This document shows positions 61,121 to 64,000 of a stretch of DNA of 64,000 bases, in pieces. A program made the position numbers and the translations under genes. The notes beneath the pieces were generated by a model, which was not told the DNA's origin, did no database searches, and saw only the letters and a list, made by a program, of their open reading frames with translations. The stretch spans positions 266,770 through 330,769 of the forward strand of contig JAYRWY010000007.1 of the NCBI GenBank assembly GCA_041917755.1. Reading direction: 5' to 3'. This DNA is from Alphaproteobacteria bacterium. GTDB lineage: Bacteria > Pseudomonadota > Alphaproteobacteria > UBA9219 > RGZA01. Positions within the stretch are counted from its first letter, which is position 1; each line of letters begins with the position of its first letter.

Positions 61121-61726
61121 TTAATCCAGTAGCTCAATCTTCGATGCTTCACGGCCTTTTTGCGAGGTCGTAACCATCATACGGATTTTGCGTCCAGGTT
61201 CGATATCCTTAAGGCCAGCACGTTCCAGAACGGAGCGATGGATGAATACATCCTTGCTGCCATCTTCGGGCATGGCAAAACCAAAACCCTTATCGGTTTT
61301 ATACCATTTGATGCTACCGGTTACTTCAACTTCTGGGCCAAGTGGTTGGCGATCTTGGCGGTTATCTGGACGCGGATTGAAGTCTGCTCGCCCATAATCA
61401 CCGCGGCTATCTCTGGCATCAAATGCGCCTCTGGAGCTAGGCTGTGGCGCATTGGGGTCAATGCCCATCACCTCGATGATGTGGGTCACCTGCATACCAC
61501 GCTCTGATGGAACAACCATGCATCGCAGGCGCGTGTTCTCTGCTAGGCCTTGAAGCCCTGCACGGGTTACAACCGAAATGTGGAGAAATGCATCGGAAGA
61601 ATTGTTGTTGATGGCAACAAAACCGAACCCTTTGCTTCCATTGAACCACTTAACAATACCATCAGCCTGAACGCCTTCACCGGCGGGCATGGCAGAACCA
61701 AGATCATAACGAGACAAACGACGCAC
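61121..61726 (-). CDS. cold-shock protein with two tandem cold-shock domains
   Basis: Two CSDs (GIVKWFNGSKGFGFV...; GSIKWYKTDKGFGFA...) joined by an Arg/Asp-rich linker. Confidence 0.85.
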   Translation of the reverse strand: MRRLSRYDLGSAMPAGEGVQADGIVKWFNGSKGFGFVAINNNSSDAFLHISVVTRAGLQGLAENTRLRCMVVPSERGMQVTHIIEVMGIDPNAPQPSSRGAFDARDSRGDYGRADFNPRPDNRQDRQPLGPEVEVTGSIKWYKTDKGFGFAMPEDGSKDVFIHRSVLERAGLKDIEPGRKIRMMVTTSQKGREASKIELLD

Positions 61727-61964
61727 CTTATCTAACTAGTGAAACAACCCTGCTTGTACTAAATAGGCATAAACAGGCGAAACCAGACATTACACAATAT
61801 ACCAAAACAGAAGATTAACAGGCAAAGGCTAAGTGCAATAAAACCTTATTAATCAAAGGCCTTTGCCCGGCCCGCGCATGATGCTAATACTTTGTTTTGT
61901 TTAGTTTTTGTTAGTTAATCGGCAGGTAAAATAGCCAAGACTATAAGGTGAGCCCCCCAAGTTA

Positions 61965-62963
61965 ATGTTGAACCGTGCGCTATTACTCGTCTGCCTCATG
62001 GTACTACTGCACCCGCCCAAGGGATTTGCAGAAGATACTACTGCGCCAGAAATAATGGGTGATCCAATACAGCAGAATAAGGCGGCTTGGCAAAATCTTC
62101 AGGATTATGAAGACACCCGTTTTTTTGCGATTGCAGGGCCACCAATGTTGGAAGAGGCCGAACGCTCGCGTGCGGAAACCCAACTCTTTGAAGACATGGT
62201 AGAAAATTTTGATAACCTCGAAGACGAAGATGACGAATACCTCTTCGTGATTGAGGCTTTGTTTGATCCTGAGGATTCTTCCCGTCCCGCAAGCCTTCGT
62301 AATGATGACGATATAGACGAGGCAACATTAGATAGGAATGATGCCCCGATTATGAATACGTCTATGTACATTGATGCGGTGCGCCCAACATTTTTGCCGG
62401 GCGTTCAAATCAAGCCACGGGATCTGGAACCAGATAAAAAGGAAAATAGCGATGTGCGGTCGCTCTTCTCTGACCTGCTAAAGCCTAAGGCAGATCAGAT
62501 ATTGGATGATATCAAACCTATCGTGGCCATTGCACCTGATGGTACCCCGCAAGCATCGCCGGATCAAAATGCTAAACCGGATGGAGCAAAAGCTGGAAAC
62601 ATCAACGCGCCGCCAAAAAAACGCATAGTATCACCGGATGAAGAAACCCTTATACAGCTCAAGCAAGCCGTTAAAGAGCTTGGCTTGGAAAAAAACCTGA
62701 ATCTAGGAAGTGGTGCTGATGGTCATCAGGTTCTTGAGCATCAAAAAGAAGACCCATCAGGTGTACAAGCAAATAATGGTGCAGCCAAACCACCGCTAGC
62801 AGAGCCAATTGCCGCGCAGAAACCACCCGTCAGTGCTATAAAAAACAACAATGTGGTGAAGAAAAAAGCGGTCAAACCACGTAAACGTGCCAAGCCGCAA
62901 CCCAAGGCCGTGCCGGTTGAGCCGCCTCCAGAAAAAGAAGAAAGCATCTTTGATATTTTCTAG
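61965..62963 (+). CDS. hypothetical secreted protein with an acidic N-terminal half and a basic Lys/Pro-rich C-terminal half
   Basis: Signal peptide. Strongly biased charge distribution. No family recognised. Confidence 0.4.
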   Translation: MLNRALLLVCLMVLLHPPKGFAEDTTAPEIMGDPIQQNKAAWQNLQDYEDTRFFAIAGPPMLEEAERSRAETQLFEDMVENFDNLEDEDDEYLFVIEALFDPEDSSRPASLRNDDDIDEATLDRNDAPIMNTSMYIDAVRPTFLPGVQIKPRDLEPDKKENSDVRSLFSDLLKPKADQILDDIKPIVAIAPDGTPQASPDQNAKPDGAKAGNINAPPKKRIVSPDEETLIQLKQAVKELGLEKNLNLGSGADGHQVLEHQKEDPSGVQANNGAAKPPLAEPIAAQKPPVSAIKNNNVVKKKAVKPRKRAKPQPKAVPVEPPPEKEESIFDIF

Positions 62964-62964
62964 T

Positions 62965-64000
62965 TTATTCCAAAATATGCTTGGCTGCACTTAGTGCAGA
63001 ATGCCAGTTGCCTTCATGCGTTTGTCGCACGATTTGTATAGATGGATACCATGGCGATGTGCTCATGGGTATTTTGGCATTCACCGTTTCCTTATCAAAC
63101 CAATGCCACATTAATCCACGCGAATACGGCAATAGTAACGTGCATGATTTTCCGCATGCGCCTGCCATATGCGCAGTGGTATTACTAACGCTGATGACGC
63201 TATCAACGGCACATATTTGTGCGGCAAAATCATCCAGGGATTCATGTTGGTCAATGCCATCATCAATCATGAATGGCCAATTGTGCTGCCTGGCTATTTG
63301 GATATCCTCGGAAATATCACCATGCTGCATACAAATAAACAGATGCGGTGATTGATCAAAAATAATCTTCCAATCAGAAAAGTTACTGCTTTTCGGGTCG
63401 CCTTGTCGTAGTGGTTTGCTTTTCCACGATACACCAACAATCTTGCCGGTTTTGCCGAGCTTCTGTTTTTCTTGTTCGTATTTAGCTCGGATATGCTGGA
63501 TGCGTGCGGCATCTGCCTGCAATGGTGCGGGGCGTTTTGGAAAGTCGTTGAAAGTTGCTCTAAAAAACTGTCCCAGTTGGCCCGCAGAACATTGTGCCAT
63601 GATAGATTTATCTGCAAGCGCAATATCCGGCACATCGCGTGCCACAAAATGAATACCTTGAATGCTGCGTTCAAATAATGGTTTTAAACGTTTATCGCAT
63701 TCAACGATAATGCCGTCGGGGCAAAGTTTTTGCGCATCACGAAGCATGCTTGAATATAATATTTCTTCACCAATCGCTTGCTCCCCCCACACCAGCAATT
63801 TACCTTTTGGGAGATGTGCTCCGTTCCAAAGCGGGAAGGGATGTACCCGTCGATCAACAATTCCTTTTGATGAGGCATTCCCGAAGCGCGCTTGATAGTG
63901 CTTCCATCCGGCTTTTAAATTGCCGCAGCGGAATTGAGTATAAGCAAGCTGCGTTTCAACATATGCATTATTGGGCTCGGCGCGCAGCGCAGCTTGATAA
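62965..64000 (-). CDS. TPR-repeat plus glycosyltransferase-like protein, 5' end outside the window (FlmG-like architecture?)
   Basis: The reading frame stays open to the window edge. The N-terminal part reads as TPR (YQAALRAEPNNAYVETQLAY...). The C-terminal part carries a GT-B-like motif (VDSVISVSNTTAHMAGACGKSCTLLLPY). The ORF-track start at 63798 is an internal TTG. Confidence 0.45.
   Translation of the reverse strand, partial: YQAALRAEPNNAYVETQLAYTQFRCGNLKAGWKHYQARFGNASSKGIVDRRVHPFPLWNGAHLPKGKLLVWGEQAIGEEILYSSMLRDAQKLCPDGIIVECDKRLKPLFERSIQGIHFVARDVPDIALADKSIMAQCSAGQLGQFFRATFNDFPKRPAPLQADAARIQHIRAKYEQEKQKLGKTGKIVGVSWKSKPLRQGDPKSSNFSDWKIIFDQSPHLFICMQHGDISEDIQIARQHNWPFMIDDGIDQHESLDDFAAQICAVDSVISVSNTTAHMAGACGKSCTLLLPYSRGLMWHWFDKETVNAKIPMSTSPWYPSIQIVRQTHEGNWHSALSAAKHILE

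Overview
Chromosomal segment of an alphaproteobacterium at roughly 45-50% GC. It is densely packed with a Caulobacter-type flagellar gene set in several blocks: fliK-flgD; flgI-flgJ(cheL)-flbY-like divergent from fliX-dksA; flgF-flgG-flgA-flgH; fliL-fliM-X-motE followed by cheY-cheZ; flhB-fliR-fliQ-fliE-flgC-flgB divergent from an flhB-C-term-like gene, fliO and fliP. Housekeeping operons are interleaved: ctaA, lysA, argH, tlpA; the aa3 cytochrome oxidase cluster ctaC-ctaD-ctaB-small ORF-ctaG-ctaE-DUF983-SURF1; thrC, an M16 peptidase, a GNAT enzyme, ilvE, recA; a PAS hybrid histidine kinase; the split glycine cleavage operon gcvT-gcvH-gcvPA-gcvPB; argF-argD; an ABC-2 permease; a degenerate HD-GYP protein; a SEDS protein; zapE, folK, gcrA, icd and a two-domain cold-shock protein. 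No rRNA, tRNA, CRISPR or transposase was recognised. The least ordinary part is an AT-rich islet of about 1.6 kb between recA and the histidine kinase. It holds two same-frame small ORFs split by a single TAA, a low-GC membrane-protein gene, nested palindromes and a LexA-type direct repeat. Five flagellar operons carry a recurring sigma-54-like motif, TGGCAC-N6-(T/C)GCA, a variant -12 element. All calls rest on reading translated ORFs and motifs by eye. No database search was run.
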